This document shows, piece by piece, positions 10,876 to 24,400 of a stretch of 64,000 nt of DNA (position 1 is its first letter; each line of letters starts with the position of its first letter). The translations under genes and the position numbers were made by a program. Under the pieces are notes generated by a model, which did not search any database, was not told where the DNA came from, and worked only from the letters and a program-made list of their open reading frames with translations. The DNA comes from Eledone cirrhosa (Eukaryota), in assembly GCA_964016885.1 (NCBI GenBank), contig OZ024757.1:3720001-3784000 (forward strand). Reading direction: 5' to 3'.

Positions 10876-10990
10876 TTATATGTATGTTTCAGAAGATCCC
10901 GTAAAAGGGTGAGAGTAGCGATTCTTTACTTAAACTTTAATCTGTACTTATAATAAATATTGGCTCTACGGGTTTATATATACTGTATAC

Positions 10991-11021
<31 letters not shown>

Positions 11022-11237
11022 ATCCTTATCGAGCCCTTTATGGATTTTAGTCTTCACATTTATTATTACTATATATATAGTATAGAGTTTGAAGCATAGA
11101 GTTACCTCCCTTTATGATCTGAGTTCAAATCCCGCCGAGGTTAACTTTGCCTTTCATCCTTACGGGGTCGATAAAGTAAAGTACCAGTAATGCACTGGAA
11201 TAATTGCTGGCCTTGTGCCAAAAGTAGAAACAATTAT

Positions 11238-11277
<40 letters not shown>

Positions 11278-11779
11278 AAATATATATAATTTTAATAAAT
11301 ATATATATATATATTACACGGCTCAGAAATACTCTTTCTTCGAGCTATTTCATTGTAAATGATCGCCTGAGATTTGAACTCATTATTATTGATTTTTCAC
11401 TACTCCTTCGTTGAGCTGATTTTAGCCCCATACAAACGGATGTTATTTCTAGCAGCACGAGTATGAGGCTAGCTAGACACTGGATAACCGCATGAGGTTA
11501 CCTCGTGCGCTAAACTTTTTCATTATTCGAAACATATTTGGATTTTAAGGTTTAAACCTGTCTACGGAACAGGTTTGATTTTGAAATTTAAATTTGTCCA
11601 AGCACTACGGCCATTGCCAATACAATTTGTTTTTGTTGATTTATGATGTATTATCTTAAGTCATGATAGGCAAACTGTAATATTATTATTAGTATATTTC
11701 TATCTAGCTAACTTGGTCATTTACAATACAAACATAAATATGAGGATATTTGTGTTTATCAAATATATTGATTTGTGTT

Positions 11780-11832
<53 letters not shown>

Positions 11833-11867
11833 AATATATAGTAATAATAAGTAAGGGCTCTATAAGG

Positions 11868-11918
<51 letters not shown>

Positions 11919-12122
11919 ACAGTATACATAAACCCGTAGAGCCAATATTTATTATAAGTACAGATTAAAGTTTAAGTAAAGAATCGCTACTCTCACCCTT
12001 TTACGGGATCTTCTGAAACATACCGTATATATATATATATATATGCATGTATGTATGTATATATAAATATATATAGAAGGAGAGAAGGGGGAGATATATA
12101 GATAGACACGCACAACACACAG
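10800..12122. repeat. Long inverted repeat pair (arms ~10800-11080 and ~11825-12122) around a ~750-bp spacer
   Basis: tttcagaagatcccgtaaaagggtgagagtagcgattctttacttaaacttt... at 10886 and its reverse complement at 11935-12022. Same family at 12130-12300, 36655-36780 and 41551-41790. Confidence 0.8.
11090..11237 (+). mobile_element. tRNA-derived SINE, 5'-truncated
   Basis: B-box GAGTTCAAATCCCGCCGAGG, conserved core and 3' end GTAGAAACAATTA. Confidence 0.85.
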
Positions 12123-12348
12123 GTTGTAACGTTTCTCAAAATATTTACTTCTGCGTCCACAGATTAAGATTTTTTTTAGTTTTAGAAGATCCCGTTAAGT
12201 GTGGAAGCAGCGATTCTTTGATTAAACTTTAATCTGTTATTTTTATAAATATATATATAAACAGATTAAAGTTTGAGCAAAGAATCGCTGCTTTCACCCT
12301 ATACCGGCCGGGCGTACCGAAAACGATAAATGGAAAAGAATGAAACGA

Positions 12349-12456
12349 AATTTCATTTCTCACTCTTAGTACGGCTGATACTTAAATATAAGTATGTATA
12401 CGTACATACATATATGTGTACAGACGTACAGTAGTATGTATATATATACATACATG

Positions 12457-12495
<39 letters not shown>

Positions 12496-13222
12496 GTATG
12501 GGTTTACCGAACATTTATTATAATGTTTGGTTTGTTTGTAAACAAACAGCCCGAATTAAGCCGTACAGTGCTCGGCAACCATCGTCGCCCTTTTGTTCAA
12601 CACTGACAAAGGAACGATGAACTAGTTTCAAGGTTATTAGCTATCGTCAGCATGGTATACCTTTCTGTCAGATGATTGAACGTTTTAAAGTATATACTTT
12701 CCTTATGCATATTAACGGCTGAGCAGCCTAATTTGCATATTGAGTGAGTTAGTCGGCCGGGCGTACCGAAAACGATGAATGGAAAAGAATGAAATTAAAT
12801 TTCATTTCTCACTCGTTTTCGGTACGCCCGGCCGACTAACTCACTCAATATGCAAATTAGGCTGCTCAGCCGTTAATATGCATAAGGAAAGTATATACTT
12901 TCAGACGTTCAATCATCTGACAGGAAGGTATACGATGCTGACGATAGCTAATAACCTTGAAACTAGTACATTGTTCCTGTGTCAGTGTTGAACAAAAGGG
13001 CAACGATGGTTGCTAAACACTGTACGGCGTAATTCGGGCTGTTTGTTTACAAACAAACCGAAAATTATAATAAATGTTCGGTAAACTCATACGTACATAT
13101 ATATATATGTGTGCATGTATGTATATATATATGTACTACTGTACGTCTGTACACATATATGTGTGTACGTATACATACTTACATTTAGGTATCAGCCGTA
13201 CTAAGAGTGAGAAATGAAATTA
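12349..13222. repeat. ~870-bp fold-back palindrome carrying mirror-image minimal hammerhead motifs (12615-12655 minus, 12933-12973 plus)
   Basis: Arms are near-perfect reverse complements around ~12794. Plus motif: CGAUG-CUGACGA-UAGCUAAUAACCUU-GAAA-CUAG-UA^CAUUG. Confidence 0.85.
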
Positions 13223-13649
13223 AGCACCGGCCTGATGAGTCTCCTGGTTTGAGACAGACTTTAGACTAGAGAGAGAATGGTCCTTGCTCTTCCTCTCCTT
13301 TTCTTCTCCTTTATGGCATTTATAGTGCTTTTCTTTACTTTCCTATACAGTCTGATCTGCCATTCTTTATCCCTTCCCCGTCTTTTGTTTTATCTTCTTT
13401 TTAATATTTTCCATCATTGTTTAACATTTGGTGTTTGGAACACAACAGTGAAACTATGGTGGGTTGTCTAACTTCTACTTCTTAAATATCTAGTTTTCAT
13501 GAATCTGGGTCAACTCTGACTGACTTGTTGATAGAAACCTAAATTTTTCAGTTTAGATTCAAAAGAAAACAGTGATATTTGCTTTCCTCCACGGACAAAA
13601 CTTATTAAAATCGTTCAAAATAACGAATAAAAACTCAAAAGAGGAATAG

Positions 13650-13790
13650 TACAGTTACGTCCCTTTACGGACTGAGTTCAAATCCCGCCGAGGTTAACTT
13701 TGCCTTTCATCCTTACGGGGTCGATAAAATAAAGTACCAGTAATACACTGGGATAATTGCTGGCCTTGTGCCAAAAGTAGAAACAATTAT
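13650..13790 (+). mobile_element. tRNA-derived SINE, 5'-truncated
   Basis: Same B-box, core and 3' end as the other copies. Confidence 0.85.
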
Positions 13791-13887
13791 CACTCAGTAA
13801 AACAGTTTAAATATCTGGATCAGTTAGAAAGATGGGGAATATTTAGACAAGAGGGTTGTGTGTGGAGCTACTTGATCTCTTCAATAT

Positions 13888-14250
13888 AATTGTTTCTACT
13901 TTAGGCACAAGGCCAGCAAATACCCAGTGCATTACTGGTACTTTATTTTATCGACCCCGTAAGGATGAAAGGCAAAGTCAACCTCGGCGGGATTTGAGCT
14001 CAGATCGTAAAGGGACGTAATTATGCTGGAAAGCATAGCGTCCGACCCTCTACTGATACTGCCAATCCACCGCCATCTCTTCAATATAATTGTTTCTACT
14101 TTAGGCACAAGTTCAGCAATTTGAAAGAGAAGGGAAAGTCGATTAAATCGACCTCAGTATGTTACTGGTACTATATTTTATCGACTCAGAACGCAAAGGG
14201 CCGCAACTCTCTGCCGCGAAGCAGGTTGTCCGACGCCAATCCACCGCCCT
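13888..14250 (-). mobile_element. Two adjacent SINE copies (13888-14074 full length; 14088-14250 diverged variant)
   Basis: atctcttcaatataattgtttc is duplicated at 13875 and 14075 on either side of the first copy. Confidence 0.8.
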
Positions 14251-14721
14251 CGCTACTTTTCAAAATAATAATATAGATATGAGCTTCAGATTACACCAGG
14301 TTTCACAATATTTATTGCAGGGTGGTGGGAGAATTATATTATCCATAGATTCAGTTAAAGAAATGCCATGGGAGAAAGGTGGTTATTTAGTGCTAGTTTA
14401 TCGAACCTAGAACTGTTTCAAGCAAGAAAAAGAGGTCGAGTTAGAGATATTAGAAGTGCTCTGCTAACAATAGATAACTATTTACCAGAAAATAATAAAC
14501 AATAAGAAAAATTATTTGAATACCAGGTCATAGAGATATGAGGGTAAAGAGGAAAGCTAAGTGGACATAAAAGGAGGGTTAATACATTCCAAATCTATCG
14601 CAAACATTTTATTAGTCAAGGGTGGAAAATATTTTGGGAAGAATCTAGAGATAAGCTTTCAAATTTCAATCCATCATTGAAGCCAGATCTGTCAACATTT
14701 AAAACATATCAGACACTGAAT

Positions 14722-14905
14722 AATTGTTTCTACAATTGGCACAAGGCCAGCAATTACCCAGTACATTACTGGTACTTTATTTTATCGACCCCGTAAGGAT
14801 GAAAGGCAAAGTTAACCATGGAGCGATTTGAACTCAGTCCGTAAAGGGACGTAACTCTATGCTAGAAATCATGGCGTCCGACGCTCTACTGATACTGCCA
14901 ATCCA
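14722..14905 (-). mobile_element. tRNA-derived SINE with target-site duplication
   Basis: actgaataat flanks both ends (~14716 and ~14908). Confidence 0.85.
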
Positions 14906-15424
14906 GACTGAATAATGTTAATAAACTAGGTTTGCTGTAAACAGACCAAATACGGCTGAACTATATTTTATCAAGAATCACTTCTGTGATCTTGTGGAGA
15001 CTGCCGGGAAAATGTTGGGCGGTATTGAGTCCAGTGTAGAAACTACTTGCTAGAGAGAGAGAGGGGACAGAGAGATAGCAAGATACAGGGGGAGGCAGTC
15101 AGGGAGAGAGAGGGAGGGCAATCAGAGACAGACAGATAAATAGAGAGACAGAGAGAGAGACAGAGAGAGAGAGAGATATATAGAGAGAAATAGAGAGTGA
15201 AAGAGAGAGGGAGAGAAAGAGAGAGAGAAAGAGAGAGGGAGAGAAAGAGAGAGAGAAAGAGAGAGGGAGAGAAAGAGAGAGAGAGAGAGAGAGAGGGAGA
15301 GAAAGAGAGAGAGAGAGAAGCTGTTTTTTAATGCTATCCAGAACTGGGCTGTAATTTATTGTCAACAATCTAACAACTATAAACCAAATGTTTCAGAAGC
15401 TACAGTTTCAATAATTCTCCTCCT

Positions 15425-18400
15425 TCTCCTCTTCTTCTTCTTCTTCTTCTTCTTCTTCTTCTTCTTCTTCTTCTTCTTCTTCTTCTTCTTCTACACGTAT
15501 TCCAGAAGGTCCAGGCTCCAATCGATCCTGCTGGATCCACAACTGAGACAAAAGCCGACCTCAAGGATCTTATCCAACCATCTTGCTCGGGGTTCAACCC
15601 CTGGGTCTCCTGCTGGTTGGTTTTTCTCGTAGAATGGTTCCTAAGGCTTTCTAACCCCATGTCCATAGTATCGGAGCTGTGATCTCTCAATTCAGAGAAG
15701 TAACAGCTCTACCTGGAGTGACTCTCCAGTGATTCTTTCCTGAGACATTCTAACCACATGTCCATAGTATCAGAGCTGTGATCTCTCAATTCAGAGAAGT
15801 AACAGCTCTACCTGGAGTGACTCTCCAGTGATTCTTTCCTGAGACATTCTAACCACATGTCCATAGTATCAGAGCTGTGATCTCTCAATTCAGAGAAGTA
15901 ACAGCTCTACCTGGAGTGACTCTCCAGTGATTCTTTCCTGAGACATTCTAACCACATGTCCATAGTATCGGGGCTGTGATCTGGCAATTCAGAGAAGTAA
16001 CAGCTCTACCTGGAGTGACTCTCCAGAGATTCTTTCCTGAGACATTCTAACCACATGTCCATAGTATCGGGGCTGTGATCTCTCAATTCAGAGAAGTAAC
16101 AGCTCTACCTGAAGTGACTCTCCAGTGATTCTTTCCTAAGACATTCTAACCCCATGTCCATAGTATCAGAGCTGTGATCTCTCAATTCAGAGAAGTAACA
16201 GCTCTACCTGAAGTGACTCTCCAGTGATTCTTTCCTGAGACATTCTAACCACATGTCCATAGTATCAGAGCTGTGATCTCTCAATTCAGAGAAGTAACAG
16301 CTCTACCTGGAGTGACTCTCCAGTCATTCTTTCCTAAGGCTTTCTAACCCCATGTCCATAGTATCAGAGCTGTGATCTCTCAATTCAGAGAAGTAACAGC
16401 TCTACCTGGAGTGACTCTCCAGAGATTCTTTCCTGAGACATTCTAACCACATGTCCATAGTATCGGGGCTGTGATCTGTCAATTCAGAGAAGTAACAGCT
16501 CTACCTGGAGTGACTCTCCAGTGATTCTTTCCTGAGACATTCTAACCACATGTCCATAGTATCAGGGCTGTGATCTCTCAATTCAGAGAAGTAACAGCTC
16601 TACCTGAAGTGACTCTCCAGTGATTCTTTCCTGAGACATTCTAACCACATGTCCATAGTATCGGAGCTGTGATCTCTCAATTCAGAGAAGTAACAGCTCT
16701 ACCTGGAGTGACTCTCCAGTGATTCTTTCCTGAGACATTCTAACCACATGTCCATAGTATCGGAGCTGTGATCTCTCAATTCAGAGAAGTAGCAGCTCTA
16801 CCTGGAGTGACTCTCCAGAGATTCTTTCCTGAGACATTCTAACCACATGTCCATAGTATCAGAGCTGTGATCTGTCAATTCAGAGAAGTAGCAGCTCTAC
16901 CTGAAGTGACTCTCCAGTGATTCTTTCCTGAGACATTCTAACCACATGTCCATAGTATCGGAGCTGTGATCTCTCAATTCAGAGAAGTAACAGCTCTACC
17001 TGAAGTGACTCTCCAGTGATTCTTTCCTAAGACATTCTAACCACATGTCCATAGTATCGGAGCTGTGATCTCTCAATTCAGAGAAGTAACAGCTCTACCT
17101 GAAGTGACTCTCCAGTGATTCTTTCCTGAGACATTCTAACCACATGTCCATAGTATCGGAGCTGTGATCTCTCAATTCAGAGAAGTAACAGCTCTACCTG
17201 AAGTGACTCTCCAGTGATTCTTTCCTGAGACATTCTAACCCCATGTCCATAGTATCAGGGCTGTGATCTCTCAATTCAGAGAAGTAACAGCTCTACCTGG
17301 AGTGACTGACTCTCCAGTGATTCTTTCCTGAGACATTCTAACCACATGTCCATAGTATCGGAGCTGTGATCTCTCAATTCAGAGAAGTAACAGCTCTACC
17401 TGGAGTGACTCTCCAGTGATTCTTTCCTAAGACATTCTAACCACATGTCCATAGTATCGGAGCTGTGATCTCTCAATTCAGAGAAGTAACAGCTCTACCT
17501 GGAGTGACTCTCCAGTGATTCTTTCCTAAGACATTCTAACCACATGTCCATAGTATCGGAGCTGTGATCTCTCAATTCAGAGAAGTAACAGCTCTACCTG
17601 GAGTGACTCTCCAGTGATTCTTTCCTGAGACATTCTAACCACATGTCCATAGTATCGGGGCTGTGATCTGTCAATTCAGAGAAGTAACAGCTCTACCTGG
17701 AGTGACTCTCCAGTGATTCTTTCCTGAGACATTCTAACCCCATGTCCATAGTATCAGGGCTGTGATCTCTCAATTCAGAGAAGTAACAGCTCTACCTGGA
17801 GTGACTCTCCAGTGATTCTTTCCTGAGACATTCTAACCACATGTCCATAGTATCGGAGCTGTGATCTCTCAATTCAGAGAAGTAACAGCTCTACCTGAAG
17901 TGACTCTCCAGTGATTCTTTCCTAAGACATTCTAACCACATGTCCATAGTATCGGAGCTGTGATCTCTCAATTCAGAGAAGTAACAGCTCTACCTGAAGT
18001 GACTCTCCAGTGATTCTTTCCTGAGACATTCTAACCACATGTCCATAGTATCGGAGCTGTGATCTCTCAATTCAGAGAAGTAACAGCTCTACCTGAAGTG
18101 ACTCTCCAGTGATTCTTTCCTAAGACATTCTAACCACATGTCCATAGTATCGGAGCTGTGATCTCTCAATTCAGAGAAGTAACAGCTCTACCTGAAGTGA
18201 CTCTCCAGTGATTCTTTCCTGAGACATTCTAACCACATGTCCATAGTATCGGGGCTGTGATCTCTCAATTCAGAGAAGTAACAGCTCTACCTGAAGTGAC
18301 TCTCCAGTGATTCTTTCCTGAGACATTCTAACCACATGTCCATAGTATCGGAGCTGTGATCTCTCAATTCAGAGAAGTAACAGCTCTACCTGAAGTGACT

Positions 18401-21400
18401 CTCCAGTGATTCTTTCCTAAGACATTCTAACCACATGTCCATAGTATCGGAGCTGTGATCTCTCAATTCAGAGAAGTAACAGCTCTACCTGAAGTGACTC
18501 TCCAGTGATTCTTTCCTAAGACATTCTAACCACATGTCCATAGTATCGGAGCTGTGATCTCTCAATTCAGAGAAGTAACAGCTCTACCTGAAGTGACTCT
18601 CCAGTGATTCTTTCCTAAGACATTCTAACCACATGTCCATAGTATCGGAGCTGTGATCTCTCAATTCAGAGAAGTAACAGCTCTACCTGGAGTGACTCTC
18701 CAGTGATTCTTTCCTGAGACATTCTAACCCCATGTCCATAGTATCAGGGCTGTGATCTCTCAATTCAGAGAAGTAACAGCTCTACCTGGAGTGACTCTCC
18801 AGTGATTCTTTCCTGAGACATTCTAACCACATGTCCATAGTATCGGAGCTGTGATCTCTCAATTCAGAGAAGTAGCAGCTCTACCTGGAGTGACTCTCCA
18901 GAGATTCTTTCCTGAGACATTCTAACCACATGTCCATAGTATCAGAGCTGTGATCTGTCAATTCAGAGAAGTAGCAGCTCTACCTGAAGTGACTCTCCAG
19001 TGATTCTTTCCTGAGACATTCTAACCACATGTCCATAGTATCGGAGCTGTAATCTCTCAATTCAGAGAAGTAACAGCTCTACCTGGAGTGACTCTCCAGT
19101 GATTCTTTCCTGAGACATTCTAACCACATGTCCATTGTATCGGAGCTGTGATCTCTCAATTCAGAGAAGTAACAGCTCTACCTGAAGTGACTCTCCAGTG
19201 ATTCTTTCCTAAGACATTCTAACCACATGTCCATAGTATCGGAGCTGTGATCTCTCAATTCAGAGAAGTAACAGCTCTACCTGAAGTGACTCTCCAGTGA
19301 TTCTTTCCTAAGACATTCTAACCACATGTCCATAGTATCGGAGCTGTGATCTCTCAATTCAGAGAAGTAACAGCTCTACCTGAAGTGACTCTCCAGTGAT
19401 TCTTTCCTAAGACATTCTAACCACATGTCCATAGTATCGGAGCTGTGATCTCTCAATTCAGAGAAGTAACAGCTCTACCTGGAGTGACTCTCCAGTGATT
19501 CTTTCCTGAGACATTCTAACCCCATGTCCATAGTATCAGGGCTGTGATCTCTCAATTCAGAGAAGTAACAGCTCTACCTGGAGTGACTCTCCAGTGATTC
19601 TTTCCTGAGACATTCTAACCACATGTCCATAGTATCGGAGCTGTGATCTCTCAATTCAGAGAAGTAGCAGCTCTACCTGGAGTGACTCTCCAGAGATTCT
19701 TTCCTGAGACATTCTAACCACATGTCCATAGTATCAGAGCTGTGATCTGTCAATTCAGAGAAGTAGCAGCTCTACCTGAAGTGACTCTCCAGTGATTCTT
19801 TCCTGAGACATTCTAACCACATGTCCATAGTATCGGAGCTGTGATCTCTCAATTCAGAGAAGTAACAGCTCTACCTGAAGTGACTCTCCAGTGATTCTTT
19901 CCTGAGACATTCTAACCACATGTCCATAGTATCAGGGCTGTGATCTCTCAATTCAGAGAAGTAACAGCTCTACCTGAAGTGACTCTCCAGTGATTCTTTC
20001 CTGAGACATTCTAACCACATGTCCATAGTATCGGAGCTGTGATCTCTCAATTCAGAGAAGTAACAGCTCTACCTGGAGTGACTCTCCAGTGATTCTTTCC
20101 TGAGACATTCTAACCACATGTCCATAGTATCGGAGCTGTGATCTCTCAATTCAGAGAAGTAGCAGCTCTACCTGGAGTGACTCTCCAGAGATTCTTTCCT
20201 GAGACATTCTAACCACATGTCCATAGTATCAGAGCTGTGATCTGTCAATTCAGAGAAGTAGCAGCTCTACCTGAAGTGACTCTCCAGTGATTCTTTCCTG
20301 AGACATTCTAACCACATGTCCATAGTATCGGAGCTGTGATCTCTCAATTCAGAGAAGTAACAGCTCTACCTGAAGTGACTCTCCAGTGATTCTTTCCTAA
20401 GACATTCTAACCACATGTCCATAGTATCGGAGCTGTGATCTCTCAATTCAGAGAAGTAACAGCTCTACCTGAAGTGACTCTCCAGTGATTCTTTCCTGAG
20501 ACATTCTAACCACATGTCCATAGTATCGGAGCTGTGATCTCTCAATTCAGAGAAGTAACAGCTCTACCTGAAGTGACTCTCCAGTGATTCTTTCCTGAGA
20601 CATTCTAACCCCATGTCCATAGTATCAGGGCTGTGATCTCTCAATTCAGAGAAGTAACAGCTCTACCTGGAGTGACTGACTCTCCAGTGATTCTTTCCTG
20701 AGACATTCTAACCACATGTCCATAGTATCGGAGCTGTGATCTCTCAATTCAGAGAAGTAACAGCTCTACCTGGAGTGACTCTCCAGTGATTCTTTCCTAA
20801 GACATTCTAACCACATGTCCATAGTATCGGAGCTGTGATCTCTCAATTCAGAGAAGTAACAGCTCTACCTGGAGTGACTCTCCAGTGATTCTTTCCTAAG
20901 ACATTCTAACCACATGTCCATAGTATCGGAGCTGTGATCTCTCAATTCAGAGAAGTAACAGCTCTACCTGGAGTGACTCTCCAGTGATTCTTTCCTGAGA
21001 CATTCTAACCACATGTCCATAGTATCGGGGCTGTGATCTGTCAATTCAGAGAAGTAACAGCTCTACCTGGAGTGACTCTCCAGTGATTCTTTCCTGAGAC
21101 ATTCTAACCCCATGTCCATAGTATCAGGGCTGTGATCTCTCAATTCAGAGAAGTAACAGCTCTACCTGGAGTGACTCTCCAGTGATTCTTTCCTGAGACA
21201 TTCTAACCACATGTCCATAGTATCGGAGCTGTGATCTCTCAATTCAGAGAAGTAACAGCTCTACCTGAAGTGACTCTCCAGTGATTCTTTCCTAAGACAT
21301 TCTAACCACATGTCCATAGTATCGGAGCTGTGATCTCTCAATTCAGAGAAGTAACAGCTCTACCTGAAGTGACTCTCCAGTGATTCTTTCCTGAGACATT

Positions 21401-24400
21401 CTAACCACATGTCCATAGTATCGGAGCTGTGATCTCTCAATTCAGAGAAGTAACAGCTCTACCTGAAGTGACTCTCCAGTGATTCTTTCCTAAGACATTC
21501 TAACCACATGTCCATAGTATCGGAGCTGTGATCTCTCAATTCAGAGAAGTAACAGCTCTACCTGAAGTGACTCTCCAGTGATTCTTTCCTGAGACATTCT
21601 AACCACATGTCCATAGTATCGGGGCTGTGATCTCTCAATTCAGAGAAGTAACAGCTCTACCTGAAGTGACTCTCCAGTGATTCTTTCCTGAGACATTCTA
21701 ACCACATGTCCATAGTATCGGAGCTGTGATCTCTCAATTCAGAGAAGTAACAGCTCTACCTGAAGTGACTCTCCAGTGATTCTTTCCTAAGACATTCTAA
21801 CCACATGTCCATAGTATCGGAGCTGTGATCTCTCAATTCAGAGAAGTAACAGCTCTACCTGAAGTGACTCTCCAGTGATTCTTTCCTAAGACATTCTAAC
21901 CACATGTCCATAGTATCGGAGCTGTGATCTCTCAATTCAGAGAAGTAACAGCTCTACCTGAAGTGACTCTCCAGTGATTCTTTCCTAAGACATTCTAACC
22001 ACATGTCCATAGTATCGGAGCTGTGATCTCTCAATTCAGAGAAGTAACAGCTCTACCTGGAGTGACTCTCCAGTGATTCTTTCCTGAGACATTCTAACCC
22101 CATGTCCATAGTATCAGGGCTGTGATCTCTCAATTCAGAGAAGTAACAGCTCTACCTGGAGTGACTCTCCAGTGATTCTTTCCTGAGACATTCTAACCAC
22201 ATGTCCATAGTATCGGAGCTGTGATCTCTCAATTCAGAGAAGTAGCAGCTCTACCTGGAGTGACTCTCCAGAGATTCTTTCCTGAGACATTCTAACCACA
22301 TGTCCATAGTATCAGAGCTGTGATCTGTCAATTCAGAGAAGTAGCAGCTCTACCTGAAGTGACTCTCCAGTGATTCTTTCCTGAGACATTCTAACCACAT
22401 GTCCATAGTATCGGAGCTGTAATCTCTCAATTCAGAGAAGTAACAGCTCTACCTGGAGTGACTCTCCAGTGATTCTTTCCTGAGACATTCTAACCACATG
22501 TCCATTGTATCGGAGCTGTGATCTCTCAATTCAGAGAAGTAACAGCTCTACCTGAAGTGACTCTCCAGTGATTCTTTCCTAAGACATTCTAACCACATGT
22601 CCATAGTATCGGAGCTGTGATCTCTCAATTCAGAGAAGTAACAGCTCTACCTGAAGTGACTCTCCAGTGATTCTTTCCTAAGACATTCTAACCACATGTC
22701 CATAGTATCGGAGCTGTGATCTCTCAATTCAGAGAAGTAACAGCTCTACCTGAAGTGACTCTCCAGTGATTCTTTCCTAAGACATTCTAACCACATGTCC
22801 ATAGTATCGGAGCTGTGATCTCTCAATTCAGAGAAGTAACAGCTCTACCTGGAGTGACTCTCCAGTGATTCTTTCCTGAGACATTCTAACCCCATGTCCA
22901 TAGTATCAGGGCTGTGATCTCTCAATTCAGAGAAGTAACAGCTCTACCTGGAGTGACTCTCCAGTGATTCTTTCCTGAGACATTCTAACCACATGTCCAT
23001 AGTATCGGAGCTGTGATCTCTCAATTCAGAGAAGTAGCAGCTCTACCTGGAGTGACTCTCCAGAGATTCTTTCCTGAGACATTCTAACCACATGTCCATA
23101 GTATCAGAGCTGTGATCTGTCAATTCAGAGAAGTAGCAGCTCTACCTGAAGTGACTCTCCAGTGATTCTTTCCTGAGACATTCTAACCACATGTCCATAG
23201 TATCGGAGCTGTGATCTCTCAATTCAGAGAAGTAACAGCTCTACCTGAAGTGACTCTCCAGTGATTCTTTCCTAAGACATTCTAACCACATGTCCATAGT
23301 ATCGGAGCTGTGATCTCTCAATTCAGAGAAGTAACAGCTCTACCTGAAGTGACTCTCCAGTGATTCTTTCCTGAGACATTCTAACCACATGTCCATAGTA
23401 TCGGAGCTGTGATCTCTCAATTCAGAGAAGTAACAGCTCTACCTGAAGTGACTCTCCAGTGATTCTTTCCTGAGACACTCTAACCCCATGTCCATAGTAT
23501 CAGGGCTGTGATCTCTCAATTCAGAGAAGTAACAGCTCTACCTGGAGTGACTCTCCAGTGATTCTTTCCTGAGACATTCTAACCACATGTCCATAGTATC
23601 GGAGCTGTGATCTCTCAATTCAGAGAAGTAACAGCTCTACCTGGAGTGACTCTCCAGTGATTCTTTCCTAAGACATTCTAACCACATGTCCATAGTATCG
23701 GAGCTGTGATCTCTCAATTCAGAGAAGTAACAGCTCTACCTGGAGTGACTCTCCAGTGATTCTTTCCTAAGACATTCTAACCACATGTCCATAGTATCGG
23801 AGCTGTGATCTCTCAATTCAGAGAAGTAACAGCTCTACCTGGAGTGACTCTCCAGTGATTCTTTCCTGAGACATTCTAACCACATGTCCATAGTATCGGG
23901 GCTGTGATCTGTCAATTCAGAGAAGTAACAGCTCTACCTGGAGTGACTCTCCAGTGATTCTTTCCTGAGACATTCTAACCCCATGTCCATAGTATCAGGG
24001 CTGTGATCTCTCAATTCAGAGAAGTAACAGCTCTACCTGGAGTGACTCTCCAGTGATTCTTTCCTGAGACATTCTAACCACATGTCCATAGTATCGGAGC
24101 TGTGATCTCTCAATTCAGAGAAGTAACAGCTCTACCTGAAGTGACTCTCCAGTGATTCTTTCCTAAGACATTCTAACCACATGTCCATAGTATCGGAGCT
24201 GTGATCTCTCAATTCAGAGAAGTAACAGCTCTACCTGAAGTGACTCTCCAGTGATTCTTTCCTGAGACATTCTAACCACATGTCCATAGTATCGGAGCTG
24301 TGATCTCTCAATTCAGAGAAGTAACAGCTCTACCTGAAGTGACTCTCCAGTGATTCTTTCCTAAGACATTCTAACCACATGTCCATAGTATCGGAGCTGT

